From: Eledone cirrhosa
Lineage: Eukaryota
Reading direction: 5' to 3'
NCBI GenBank assembly: GCA_964016885.1
Contig: OZ024749.1
Span: 28,706,001 to 28,770,000, forward strand
Length of the DNA stretch: 64,000 nt
Positions 12,544-27,117 of this stretch are shown here, one piece after another. Each line of letters begins with the position of its first letter. Position 1 is the first letter of the stretch. The translations under genes were made by a program, and so were the position numbers. The notes beneath the pieces are model-generated. The model saw only the letters and a list, made by a program, of their open reading frames with translations. It did not search any database and was not told where the DNA came from.

Positions 12544-15052
12544 TAGAATATTCGAAAATATTCTGTATGTTTACAATAAACATTTTGAAGACCTAATCGC
12601 TATAGAATAGAATACGTCACGTATTACAATTAGATTCTCGATAAAAGCAAGGGAAGTAAGTCTACGCGTTTCATTCTTGTTAGAATTCATCAGGACTACA
12701 TATCCAGTGCTTTTATCGAGAATGACACAGCTAGAGACTTATAGAATACTTAGCTGTGTACAGGAACTGGTTTGAAAGAGCGGTTGCCGGTCCGGCAGAA
12801 ATTAGAAATTGGAATAAATGCTCTGAAATAGCGATATATATGTGAATATAGACATAGAATATTCGAAAATATTCTGTATGTTTACAATAAACATTTTGAA
12901 GACCTAATCGCTATAGAATAGAATACGTCACGTATTACAATTAGATTCTCGATAAAAGCAAGGGAAGTAAGTCTACGCGTTTCATTCTTGTTAGAATTCA
13001 TCAGGACTACATATCCAGTGCTTTTATCGAGAATGACACAGCTAGAGACTTATAGAATACTTAGCTGTGTACAGGAACTGGTTTGAAAGAGCGGTTGCCG
13101 GTCCGGCAGAAATTAGAAATTGGAATAAATGCTCTGAAATAGCGATATATATGTGAATATAGACATAGAATATTCGAAAATATTCTGTATGTTTACAATA
13201 AACATTTTGAAGACCTAATCGCTATAGAATAGAATACGTCACGTATTACAATTAGATTCTCGATAAAAGCAAGGGAAGTAAGTCTACGCGTTTCATTCTT
13301 GTTAGAATTCATCAGGACTACATATCCAGTGCTTTTATCGAGAATGACACAGCTAGAGACTTATAGAATACTTAGCTGTGTACAGGAACTGGTTTGAAAG
13401 AGCGGTTGCCGGTCCGGCAGAAATTAGAAATTGGAATAAATGCTCTGAAATAGCGATATATATGTGAATATAGACATAGAATATTCGAAAATATTCTGTA
13501 TGTTTACAATAAACATTTTGAAGACCTAATCGCTATAGAATAGAATACGTCACGTATTACAATTAGATTCTCGATAAAAGCAAGGGAAGTAAGTCTACGC
13601 GTTTCATTCTTGTTAGAATTCATCAGGACTACATATCCAGTGCTTTTATCGAGAATGACACAGCTAGAGACTTATAGAATACTTAGCTGTGTACAGGAAC
13701 TGGTTTGAAAGAGCGGTTGCCGGTCCGGCAGAAATTAGAAATTGGAATAAATGCTCTGAAATAGCGATATATATGTGAATATAGACATAGAATATTCGAA
13801 AATATTCTGTATGTTTACAATAAACATTTTGAAGACCTAATCGCTATAGAATAGAATACGTCACGTATTACAATTAGATTCTCGATAAAAGCAAGGGAAG
13901 TAAGTCTACGCGTTTCATTCTTGTTAGAATTCATCAGGACTACATATCCAGTGCTTTTATCGAGAATGACACAGCTAGAGACTTATAGAATACTTAGCTG
14001 TGTACAGGAACTGGTTTGAAAGAGCGGTTGCCGGTCCGGCAGAAATTAGAAATTGGAATAAATGCTCTGAAATAGCGATATATATGTGAATATAGACATA
14101 GAATATTCGAAAATATTCTGTATGTTTACAATAAACATTTTGAAGACCTAATCGCTATAGAATAGAATACGTCACGTATTACAATTAGATTCTCGATAAA
14201 AGCAAGGGAAGTAAGTCTACGCGTTTCATTCTTGTTAGAATTCATCAGGACTACATATCCAGTGCTTTTATCGAGAATGACACAGCTAGAGACTTATAGA
14301 ATACTTAGCTGTGTACAGGAACTGGTTTGAAAGAGCGGTTGCCGGTCCGGCAGAAATTAGAAATTGGAATAAATGCTCTGAAATAGCGATATATATGTGA
14401 ATATAGACATAGAATATTCGAAAATATTCTGTATGTTTACAATAAACATTTTGAAGACCTAATCGCTATAGAATAGAATACGTCACGTATTACAATTAGA
14501 TTCTCGATAAAAGCAAGGGAAGTAAGTCTACGCGTTTCATTCTTGTTAGAATTCATCAGGACTACATATCCAGTGCTTTTATCGAGAATGACACAGCTAG
14601 AGACTTATAGAATACTTAGCTGTGTACAGGAACTGGTTTGAAAGAGCGGTTGCCGGTCCGGCAGAAATTAGAAATTGGAATAAATGCTCTGAAATAGCGA
14701 TATATATGTGAATATAGACATAGAATATTCGAAAATATTCTGTATGTTTACAATAAACATTTTGAAGACCTAATCGCTATAGAATAGAATACGTCACGTA
14801 TTACAATTAGATTCTCGATAAAAGCAAGGGAAGTAAGTCTACGCGTTTCATTCTTGTTAGAATTCATCAGGACTACATATCCAGTGCTTTTATCGAGAAT
14901 GACACAGCTAGAGACTTATAGAATACTTAGCTGTGTACAGGAACTGGTTTGAAAGAGCGGTTGCCGGTCCGGCAGAAATTAGAAATTGGAATAAATGCTC
15001 TGAAATAGCGATATATATGTGAATATAGACATAGAATATTCGAAAATATTCT
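12540..15052 (-). mobile_element. Tandem array of 311-bp hammerhead-ribozyme units (retrozyme-like), 8 full copies plus 24 bp
   Basis: acatagaatattcg starts at 12541, 12852, 13163, 13474, 13785, 14096, 14407, 14718, 15029; no differences seen between copies; each unit has one type I HHR on the minus strand. Confidence 0.9.
12635..12722 (-). ncRNA. Type I hammerhead ribozyme (first of 8 copies, repeating every 311 bp)
   Basis: Reverse complement of the motif at 15121-15208. Confidence 0.88.
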
Positions 15053-15651
15053 CCGGCAACCGCTCTTTCAAACCAGTTCCTGTACACAGCTAAGTATTCT
15101 ATAAGTCTCTAGCTGTGTCATTCTCGATAAAAGCACTGGATATGTAGTCCTGATGAATTCTAACAAGAATGAAACGCGTAGACTTACTTCCCTTGCTTTT
15201 ATCGAGAATCTAATTGTAATACGTGACGTATTCTATTCTATAGCGATTAGGTCTTCAAAATGTTTATTGTAAACATACAGAATATTTTCGAATATTCTAT
15301 GTCTATATTCACATATATATCGCTATTTCAGAGCATTTATTCCAATTTCTAATTTCTGCCGGACCGGCAACCGCTCTTTCAAACCAGTTCCTGTACACAG
15401 CTAAGTATTCTATAAGTCTCTAGCTGTGTCATTCTCGATAAAAGCACTGGATATGTAGTCCTGATGAATTCTAACAAGAATGAAACGCGTAGACTTACTT
15501 CCCTTGCTTTTATCGAGAATCTAATTGTAATACGTGACGTATTCTATTCTATAGCGATTAGGTCTTCAAAATGTTTATTGTAAACATACAGAATATTTTC
15601 GAATATTCTATGTCTATATTCACATATATATCGCTATTTCAGAGCATTTAT

Positions 15652-15657
<6 letters not shown>
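15053..15657 (+). mobile_element. Inverted continuation of the 311-bp HHR array, about 1.95 copies
   Basis: Exact reverse complement of the unit starting at ccggcaaccgc (15053, 15364); ends in (AT)n. Confidence 0.9.
15121..15208 (+). ncRNA. Type I hammerhead ribozyme with minimal palindromic stem III; predicted cleavage after GUA at 15180 (second + copy at 15432-15519)
   Basis: ttctcgataaaagca..gtagtc-CTGATGA-attct(aaca)agaat-GAAA-CGCG-TA-gacttac..tgcttttatcgagaa: intact core, stem II, stem I with internal loop and 15-bp distal helix. Confidence 0.9.
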
Positions 15658-15689
<32 letters not shown>

Positions 15690-15691
<2 letters not shown>

Positions 15692-15890
15692 CAGGATCGA
15701 ATCAATTTGAAACTGGTTAGACCATTGCTCAACAGAGTACTCGATACATGAGGTAGTAAAGCATGGTTATATCATAAAGAGCCGGGACCCGACGCCTGAG
15801 CTCTTACCGTTTCAACAGCTACTTTCCAGACAGAGCATGTAACTAGCTGTTGAAATGGCGCCAAGATCTAAGCCGTCGGTTCCCGACTCT

Positions 15891-15895
<5 letters not shown>
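15690..15895 (-). mobile_element. Diverged family B palindromic fragment
   Basis: gagccgggacccgacgcc...gtttcaacagcta / tagctgttgaaat...gccgtcggttcccgactc inverted arms; tail agagtactcgatacatgaggtag. Confidence 0.6.
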
Positions 15896-15953
<58 letters not shown>

Positions 15954-15957
<4 letters not shown>

Positions 15958-16085
15958 AAAACGTGCTGCGGGGTTGCTAATGGGTTACATATGAATAAGG
16001 TTAGTCCTTCATCAGTGATCTTCCAACCATAAAGCGATGAAATACCAATGATGGTTGGAAGATCACTGATGAAGGACTAACTTTA

Positions 16086-16092
<7 letters not shown>
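15954..16092. mobile_element. Palindromic (AT)n-inserted fragment carrying CTGATGA (same family as 42650-42765)
   Basis: atgaataaggttagtccttcatcagtgatcttccaaccat / atggttggaagatcactgatgaaggactaactttattcat; a complete HHR fold could not be assigned. Confidence 0.6.
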
Positions 16093-16119
<27 letters not shown>

Positions 16120-16123
<4 letters not shown>

Positions 16124-16412
16124 AAAGAATAGAGGTGTAACACACAAGTTATTATATATTGGTAAACGGAATAGAAAATGCTGACAAATTGTTCACAGTT
16201 GAAAAATGGTTTAAGAGCAAACAGCACGGACACTCTATCTCAAAATTATTTTTGAAAAGCATTTAGAAATGCGCAACCGGTAAAAACTTAAAAACTTAAA
16301 ACCACAACTGAATACTAACCCATACAATCACTAATACTCTTTTATTCCTAATTAAACCATTTTTCAACTGTGAACAATTTGTCAGCATTTTCTATTCCGT
16401 TTACCAATATAT
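16120..16412 (+). mobile_element. (AT)n-inserted element with about 60-bp inverted arms and a variant HHR at 16249-16285
   Basis: Arms 16155-16214 vs 16352-16412; ttt-TTGAAAA-gcattt(ag)aaatgc-GCAA-CCGG-TA-aaa; homologous to 27118-27670. Confidence 0.65.
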
Positions 16413-16571
16413 ATATATATATATAATAGATCACCAAGGTTTAACAATTAATAAATCATTTATTTGATTTCCATATGTTTCATTCTTCTCCAAAAGATGT
16501 TGTTTTCAATACCTTTATAGAGAAATCATCTGAATCAATTTTATATAACATAGAAATGGTGTTTACTTATG

Positions 16572-16640
<69 letters not shown>

Positions 16641-17540
16641 CCTCACTTCGATTGAGATTGCACGGTACCACTGGGCTCCTGTTATCACACCACCAGACTT
16701 AAGTCTAATCAGTTCGTTATAACTTATTCTAGTCTATTTTTTCCTCGGTTACTCACTACCATGTTCCATTGTCCCCCCCCCCCACCATTTGGTCTGTTTA
16801 CCTGTTTATTTCTCTTTCTTCCTCTCTCCTCACCACTTTTCCATTTCTTTTCTACTTCTTTTTTTCTTTTCTTTCCCTCCTGACCTTTTGATCAATAAAA
16901 GGCCTTGTGCGCGCCGCTGATCGCTTTTTTGATGTCCTATATTAAGCGCCGAAACATCTATGATCTCGGTTTACAGCTGATGAAGGATTTCTTCTTTTGT
17001 TTCGTCCATATTATCATCTTAAACTTTGTTTTACAGTAACCACACAGCTCGTTTCGTTTCTTATAATTTTATATATATATATATAAAAGAAACGCTGTAT
17101 GAAATATGTACGTCCCACCAAATGACGATCATAATAATTGACCAGTATGAATAACGGAGAAAATCGGGGTTCGAATCCTCGTTAATGGCTTCAAACTAGT
17201 TGTTTGTATTATTTCTTTCTTTATTTCTTTAATCAATTTAAACGTCCCTATAGAGCTAGTAAGCCATGGCAGAGTAGGGGAGGTATCTAGTATTTCTTAC
17301 AGTTAAGAAACAAAAACAAGATAGATAGAGAGATAAAAAAAAGATTGCAACCCAACAAGAGGCAAAAGAAGCAGAAATAAATAAGATAAACAAAATTGAA
17401 AAACAGGAATAGCTAGAAAGCAGTTAGAAGGCTCTGTTGAATCTTTTCGTAACCTCGAAGATCTTGTTTATTGTATCTCCAATCTTGGTAGTTTTTTAAT
17501 GATCACCTTCAATATGTTCGCTCTCTCTCTCTCTCTCTTT

Positions 17541-17955
<415 letters not shown>

Positions 17956-18089
17956 CAGACTGGTAATATTTTTGTTGTTGAATCTTTTCATGTACTGAAA
18001 GCTCTTGTTTATGGTTGGTAGATCTTTGACAATATACTGTATCTGCAATCTTGGTAGCCTTTTTCAATGGTCACCTTCAAGATGTCCTA

Positions 18090-18168
<79 letters not shown>

Positions 18169-18186
18169 CTCTATGTCTCTCTCTCT

Positions 18187-18235
<49 letters not shown>

Positions 18236-18341
18236 ACTGGTGGCTTCTACATTGAAACTATTTGGTAAATATTCTTTTTTTTATTAAGTTTGAAAGAAAC
18301 GTTCACATGTGCAGACTAACTGACCTTCACGACAATACATC

Positions 18342-18461
<120 letters not shown>

Positions 18462-18584
18462 ATATATATATGTATATATGTATGTATGTATGCATATATA
18501 TATATATATGTGTATGTGTGTGTGTATGTATGTATTCGTATATACTTAAGTACCTTATTTAGTTATGTTTAAGTGCATATGTGA

Positions 18585-18685
<101 letters not shown>

Positions 18686-18796
18686 CATACATATACATAT
18701 ATATATACATATATATACTCGTATATATGCATGTGTGTGTGTGTGCATCTGTATATATGTATGAATGTATATCTGTTAGTGCACGGTCACATATAT

Positions 18797-18844
<48 letters not shown>

Positions 18845-18875
18845 GTATATAAATATATATATACATACACACACA

Positions 18876-18920
<45 letters not shown>

Positions 18921-18951
18921 GTATATAAATATATATATACATACACACACA

Positions 18952-19005
<54 letters not shown>

Positions 19006-19604
19006 AGTGTTTATGTATGTATGTAAGCATTAAATTGAAATCAAACCATTAGAGAAAGAATTTAACAATCACGAATTGACCCCAGTGCTGAAGACAAGGA
19101 GGGCGCCCTCGACAATAGAAAGTACGACTGTATGTAATAACCAAACAGTTGTTATAAGTTGTCACGGAAGTTTGCTAATAGACTTATCATATCAAGACAG
19201 GCTCCAGCCCTCTTAAGCAGCGCCGTCCAACTATTCTTTACGAAAATAGAGTAGAATTCTTTCCAACATCCTTCCGCTTAAAACCTTTCTAGCATTATTA
19301 ATGTAACAATGTTGTTGTTTTTCTTGTTCTTGTTTTGTTGTTAATGTTGTTGTTGTTTTGCTGTTTCGTTGTTTTGTGTCTCTCTCTCTAATATTTTTTA
19401 ATTTTTTAAATTTATTTCATTTTTTATTTTTATTTTCATTTATTTTACTTTTTACTCTTTACTTTTTACTTTTTATTTTTTATTTGTTTGTTGTTGTCTT
19501 TTTCTCTGAGATGCTGGACCCGTCATTTAATTATTTCCTCCCACTCTTAACTAACTGATGAGTCTTTCATATTGTCTGAAAGTAATACTAATACTAGTAC
19601 TACA

Positions 19605-19759
<155 letters not shown>

Positions 19760-19795
19760 TAATAATAATAAGAAGAAGAATAAGAATAATAATTA

Positions 19796-20412
19796 TGGCT
19801 CATATTGTATCCGAGTGTAAACACCTAGCCCAGACTCACTATAAAGGCTGGAGATAGGATGTGATAGGCAGGGTGATCCACTAGCATCTATGCAAAGTAA
19901 ACAATTTACCACATTCTGAGAAGTGGTATGAGCATAAGCCAGAGTCGGTGATAGCAAACGAGCAGGCGAAGGTGCTATGGGATTTTAGGATACAGACGGA
20001 CAAAAAATTAGAACACAATAGGCCTGACCTGGTGGTTTTGGACAAGGAAAAAAGATCGTGCCTCATTGTAGACGTAGCCTGCCCCTTTGACACGAGAGTG
20101 CAAGAAAAGGAGAGGGAGAAAATTAACCGATACCAGGATTTAAAGTGGGAGTTAAAATGGATTTGGAACTGCCATGAAATCAAGGCCGTCCCGATTGTCA
20201 TAGGCGGACTAGGTACTATCTCAAAGAGTTTCCAAGGATGATTAAAGAAGATTAGTCCAGCCCCACTTTTTGGAACACTTCAAAAGGCATGCTCCCTGGG
20301 AACAGCAAGAACCCTCCGATACGCCCTGAATGTCTGAGGCTGCAGGTAGTGGCTTGATATTCATTTCAACAAACTTTCCAGTTAAATAACATCAATGACT
20401 GAGACTCAAAGA
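19796..20412 (+). mobile_element. R4/Dong-clade non-LTR retrotransposon 3' fragment (restriction-like endonuclease), inserted in (TAA)n
   Basis: HIVSECKHLA...KWYEHKPESV...VLWDFRIQTD..HNRPDLVVLDK...IVDVACPFD...EKINRYQDLK...VPIVIGGLG...LQKACSLGTARTLR; in-frame stops; (AAT)n on both flanks. Confidence 0.9.
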
Positions 20413-20417
20413 ACAAC

Positions 20418-20448
<31 letters not shown>

Positions 20449-20451
<3 letters not shown>

Positions 20452-20985
20452 TCTTTATTAACCACAAGGGTTTACATAAAGTAGACATTAAGGACAGTCC
20501 AGGACAATACAGGACGGTACAAATGGGCATTTCTGCGTGTAAAAAAACAAAAACAGAGGATGTAATAAAAATAACAATGAAAAATTCCCCAATAGGGGGG
20601 AGACTTCGGAGGGACATTTGTGGAGAAAGCCCATTAAAAGGCCACAGTGACCCTGACCACCAGGGCAAGTGCCCTCTCCCAGTTTTCCACCTTTAATTTA
20701 CAGACATATACTCAGCGTAGGCCCATTCACTCGGGCCATTCTTGCTTATCTCACCCATCTTTCAACAAAATGCTGGGAAGAGAGCACTTCCCTCTCTACC
20801 CTGATTTTCCTTTTCAAATGAAATTTGAAAAAGCTAATCAGGGCATCACTGAAGAGGTAAGTGCTCGTCTTCAGCCCTTTCAAACGTGTCCACCATACTA
20901 TCTCTTTCGCCATGGCCGCCAGACAGATAAACACTGCCTGCCCTTCCCGGCTAAAGGAAGAGGGCGAGGCAATCCTCACGATGGA
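20449..20985 (-). mobile_element. L1/Tx1-like LINE 3' end
   Basis: Minus strand encodes AMAKEIVWWTR...LISFFKFHLKRKIRVEREVLSSQHFVERWV then a UTR with aataaa; homologous to 50740-51120. Confidence 0.65.
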
Positions 20986-21025
20986 CAATAATAATAATAA
21001 TGACGATGATGATGATAATAATAAT

Positions 21026-21304
21026 GGAATCAGGAAAATATGGAGAATCAGACACTTAGAAGTGGTACCGATTGTGATTGGTGCATAGGGATCAGTAGTA
21101 AAACGTTGGATGCATGACTTGAGAAGCTAGGAATCACCATCAGGACGGGATTGTTGCAGAAAACAGCCTTGCTGGAACAGCAAGGATTCTAAGAAGGGTG
21201 TTGGAAATTTGCATGAAAAGGAATGACCCAAAGGACATTTGGTCATTGGCTATGGTTCGCTATTTTGGTATCATGCCGGTATAACATCTGCCAGAGCGTT
21301 ACGG

Positions 21305-21306
<2 letters not shown>
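21026..21306 (+). mobile_element. Second, distinct R4/Dong 3' fragment
   Basis: IRKIWRIRHLEVVPIVIGA*G...LEKLGITIRTGLLQKTALL(G)TARILRRVL; flanked by (AAT)n and (AAC)n. Confidence 0.8.
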
Positions 21307-21344
<38 letters not shown>

Positions 21345-21345
<1 letters not shown>

Positions 21346-21800
21346 AAGGGTTCCTAATTTGGTGGTTGGTGGGGAAAAGTAGATCATATTGATCCCAGTA
21401 CTTGACTGGTACTTTTTTTATTGACCCTAGTATTTGACTGCTACTTTTATTGAGTCCCTAGGAGAATGAAAAGCAAAGTTGACTTCGGCAGGATTTTGAA
21501 TTCGTAACTAAATGCCACAAAGCATCTTGTCCGACGCTCTACAGATTCTGCCAATTCAACAATAATAACATCATCAAAAAGCAACAATAAGGGTTTCTGC
21601 TTTAGGCACAAGGCCAGCAATTTGAAGTAAAGTCGACAGTTGATTAAATCGAATCCAGTGCATTACTGGTACTCTCTTTTATCGACCCGATAAGGATGAA
21701 AGGCAAAGCTAACCTCGGCGGGATTTGAACTCAGAACGTAAAGGACCGTAACTCTATGCTACTAAGCATGCTGTCCGACGCTCTACCGATTCTGCCAATA
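21345..21800 (-). mobile_element. Two SINE family 1 copies, minus strand
   Basis: ctggtact..tttatcgaccc..aaggatgaaaggcaaag..ggatttgaactc..gattctgccaa. Confidence 0.8.
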
Positions 21801-21904
21801 ATGGTTTTCACGCATCCTATTACTGGCGTCATTTTACTTCATAGAGCTTCCAATAGCAGCTTTTTACATTCTTTATAAACACATTTAATTTATCGTCATC
21901 GACC

Positions 21905-22316
21905 TCGTTGTCATCGTCACTGTCATCGTCATTATCTTTATTATCATCGTCATTATCCTCCCCTCCTCCTCCTCCTCCTCCTCCTCCTCCACCACCGTCA
22001 TCGTCGTCATCATCGTCGTCGCCGTGGTCGTCATCGTCGTCATCATCACCATCATCATCACCATCATCATCACCATCATCACCATCATCATCATCACCAT
22101 CATCATCACCATCATCATCACCATCATCACCATCATCACCACCATCATCATCATCACCATCATCACCATCATCATCATCATCATCATTATCACCATCATC
22201 ATCACCATCATCATCATCACCAGCATCATCACCACCACCATCATCATCACCATCATCATCATCATCATCATCATCACCATCATCGCCATCATCATCATCA
22301 CCATCATCATTATCAC

Positions 22317-22351
<35 letters not shown>

Positions 22352-23444
22352 CCGTCATCATCACCACCATCATCATCATCATCATCATCATCATCATTAT
22401 CATTGTCCTCATCCTCATCGTAAGTGTCATCGTCATAGTCATCATCATTATGTTTGATTTCGTTCTAATTTGTATTGTTGTTGTTGGTGTTGTTCATAAA
22501 TTTCCAAAATAAACTTTTGTGTGACAGATTTAATTAAAATTCATTTTTAATAAACCATGTGTGTCCAGAAAACTGTTTGCCATCCCCGCTGAACATTCGC
22601 CATTTTGACATCACTTTCACTTTCGCTTTTATTTTTACTTTCACTTTCAGTTTTACAATTTCCCTCCTTCTTCTTTATTCAACTGTTCTCTTTTATAACT
22701 TTCTCAGTGTTTGTATTTAAAACTCTCCAGCCCACCCAATCACGCTCACAAATACCACCTACACCACCACCACAACCAACACCACCACAACCATCAACAC
22801 CACAACAACAACATATAACGTGAACACCACCACCACCACCACTAACACCACGACGACTAACACAAACACAACCATCACCACAACAACAACAAACAGCATG
22901 AACACCACCACCACCACCACCACCACTTACACCACCCTGACTAACACAAACACAACCACCACCACCACAACAACAACAGCCACAATCAACATCACGCCCA
23001 AAGGAACCACTACCACCACCGCCAACACCACCACCAAAACTACCACCACCACCACCACGACAACAACAACAACAGCAACCACAACCAACACGACCAACAC
23101 CACAACCAACACCACAACTAACACCATCACCACCACCACCACCACCACAACCAACACCACCACCACCACCACCACAACCAACACCACAACCAACACCACC
23201 ACCACAACAACAACAGCAACCACAACCAACGCCACCAACACCACAACTACCACAACCAACACCACAACCACCACCTCAACAACAACAGCAACCAAAACCA
23301 CCACCACCACCACCACTACCACAAACAACACAACCACAACCACCACCACCACCACAACAACAACAACAACAACAGCAACCAAAACCACCACCACCACAAC
23401 CAACACCACCACCACCACCGCCACCACCACCACCACCACTACTA

Positions 23445-23540
<96 letters not shown>
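21905..23540. repeat. (CAT/CAC)n and (ACC/AAC/ACT)n trinucleotide tracts separated by a short unique spacer
   Basis: Direct reading. Confidence 0.9.
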
Positions 23541-23920
23541 AACAGATGATTTATAATCCATGATATCCTACTAAAGTAGAAATGTTTAAAAGAACAAACC
23601 AAAATAATTTAAATAAAAAAAGAAAATATATTTTAATGTTCTGCGGAAAATTAAACATACATTAATTAAATTCAAAAGTTTATTTAGATTCCTTGATTCG
23701 TTTCATTCGCCAACTTTGCGGGTTTTTTTATCAAAATTAATCGTAATTATTGCAATATAAATAATATAAATTCTTCTGGCACCATTTGAAGTAGCTGTGT
23801 AAAGAGATGATGTTGTTATGTGCCTCTCTATATCTCTTGCTCTATCTTTCTTTCTCCTTCTTCCCCTCCCTCTCTCTCTCTCTTTCTGCATCTCTTTCTC
23901 TATCTCTCTCTCTCTCACTC

Positions 23921-24025
<105 letters not shown>

Positions 24026-24176
24026 AAAAATTGAACGGGAACAAAACAGAGAGGCAGTACGAACAAAGGTTTATTAGTTTCACGCTCTTGAGAGTGGGGT
24101 GGTGGTGGATGTGTTTGTGTGTGTGTTTGCATGTATATATGTATGTATATATATGCATATATGCGTGTATGTATGT

Positions 24177-24258
<82 letters not shown>

Positions 24259-24305
24259 CTGCATGTATATATGTATGTATATATATGTCTAAATGCGCGT
24301 ATGTA

Positions 24306-24374
<69 letters not shown>

Positions 24375-25413
24375 AGTGTGTGTGTATGTGTGTGTATATA
24401 TATATATATATATATGAGTGTGTGTGTGTATGTGTGTGTATATATATATATGTATATATATGTATATATATATATATATATATAACTAAATATATATATA
24501 GATATATATATATGTGTGTGTGTGTGTATATATATATATATAGATATATATATATATATGTGTGTGTGTGTGTATATATATCCGGTGGACAGTTTGTGTG
24601 AACTCTTCATTAGTAGAATGTTATTATTGATTATAAAACGATTTAATAAGAAGTCTGTGAAGAAGATATTGGTAATTGATACGGTGGGACTGTTGAGCGA
24701 GGAATTGGCGGAGTGGGGAGAACGTCGGGGGGAATAGTTCAGCCATGGCTTAATGGTGAAGACATTTACCTACATTCATCAGGTTCCATGTTTGGTTCTA
24801 ATGCATGATATCATCGCCGTCGTCATCGTCATCGCCATCGCCATCATCGTCATCATCGCCATCGTCATCATCGCCGTCGTCATCATCGTCATCATCGTCA
24901 TCATCGTCATCATCGTCATCATCGTCATCATCGTCATCGTGTTGAACCAAGCCATATGAGTGAAATGAAATTGTCTAGACGGAAACACACACTGCAGCAT
25001 GGTGAATCACCCAGAGAATTATATTAAGATATACTCGGCCACTTCACGTCAATATTCTGTTGATCAGACAACTGGAACTCCCAGAGTTGAAATCATAACA
25101 GAAAGCAGAAAAGACTCCATGCTGCATGCATGAGTGATCCAGAGACTTAGAGCATTTAGAGAAGAACACACTGATTATTCGTTTTGCATAGCACCGTTTA
25201 TGTTGTTTTTACATTTGAAAAGAAGGTTGTAACACCGAAATATTATGTTGAAATATACTGGGTAAAAACATATTACTTTGTTTTGTTTTAATTGTCGTCC
25301 TTTGCTCTTTATATATTTCTAAGGCATTGTATTGGCGTTTGGAAATACTTATCAGTCATTTATTATATATGTCACAATGTTTCGTATTAACTGTGCTACT
25401 TTATATATACGTA

Positions 25414-25950
<537 letters not shown>

Positions 25951-25955
<5 letters not shown>

Positions 25956-26160
25956 AAGATTGGAGAATAACATGATCGGCTGTACAAAAAGGTTTTATTT
26001 CTAGTATTAACAATTGTTTCATTGATCAGGTGAGTCTAAAGGCCGATAATCACTCGAAGTTGCGTCACTCGACCTAACTATGGAAACCTCTTGTTGAGTC
26101 AAACAACGCCGTACGTTAAAACTATCCACAATACGGAGTACTCACAACCTCTAACTGGAT
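25951..26160 (-). mobile_element. (AT)n-inserted element related to 60905-61168
   Basis: Shares gcgttgtttgactcaacaagag and gaaacaattgtta...ctttttgtac...catgttattctcca. Confidence 0.65.
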
Positions 26161-26281
26161 TACCTATAACGATAACTTGTTATCCCATATATATATATAT
26201 AAAAGCCAATAACACTCGCTTGGGGTAGGGGGTTCTTCTCTGATGACCTTCTGCTGTCCAGATCTCCTGAGAGTTTCTTAC

Positions 26282-26321
<40 letters not shown>

Positions 26322-26852
26322 TATATAGTTAATACGAAGCATTGTGAGATATGTAATAAAAGACCGATAAGTTAAAAAAGCTAGTAATAAGAGATAAATA
26401 TATATGTGTGTATGTGTCTTATTTGTCATACTTTGCCCTTTATATATTTCTACCGCATTGTACCAGCTTTCTGAAACTTATCAGTCGTTTATTACAGTCA
26501 TTAATGACAATAGACAATGAGAAAATTAGATTTGTTTGTTATTGAAGTTTTAGAAACAACGAGAATAAAATTAAATCTTGACACACATAAATTGTAAGTA
26601 AACAGTTAGGGAAGAAAAATTAAAAGTGAATGACATTTTAACTATATATGTATATATATATATATATATGTGTGTATGTATTAAGGAATATTACATATTA
26701 AAGAATAAAATTGATGATTTTTTAAGACGATAAAACAACCAGTATCTTGTGGAACCATTTGTAAGACAAATGAAATATCTTAAATTTATCCATCTTGTTT
26801 TTCTAATCCATTATATATATATATATAGGACTTCCTGATGGTTTTTAACGAA

Positions 26853-26903
<51 letters not shown>

Positions 26904-27117
26904 CATACACACATATATATATATATATATATGTGTGTGTGGGGGGGGGGGGTGTAATGAGGGAGAAATAGAGAGAGAGAGAGAGAGGCAGAGAGAGAGG
27001 TTGTGAGGGAGAAATAGAAAGAAAGGGAAAAAAACAATAGCTATATTTCAAGTGAATGATTATACTATATACATATGTGTGTGTGTGTGTATGTGTATAT
27101 ATATATATACATATACA

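Noticed and set aside
12540-15657. 311-bp array as ordinary satellite DNA, or as a 5S/tRNA/snRNA gene cluster
   Set aside because: No Pol III boxes or recognisable RNA gene; each unit has a full HHR, and the block has sharp (AT)n edges and an inversion. An assembly artefact cannot be excluded without reads
16940-17000. gaaac...ctgatgaagga as a type II HHR
   Set aside because: Could not assign consistent stems by eye; probably a PLE-related remnant but unsupported
17150-17190. ggttcgaatcc B-box (and tRNA-like text at 43900-43965) as tRNA genes
   Set aside because: No complete cloverleaf; at most degenerate SINE heads
22820-23542. Thr-rich mucin-like ORF (also 10599-11195)
   Set aside because: Pure (ACC/AAC/ACT)n low complexity without non-repetitive domains
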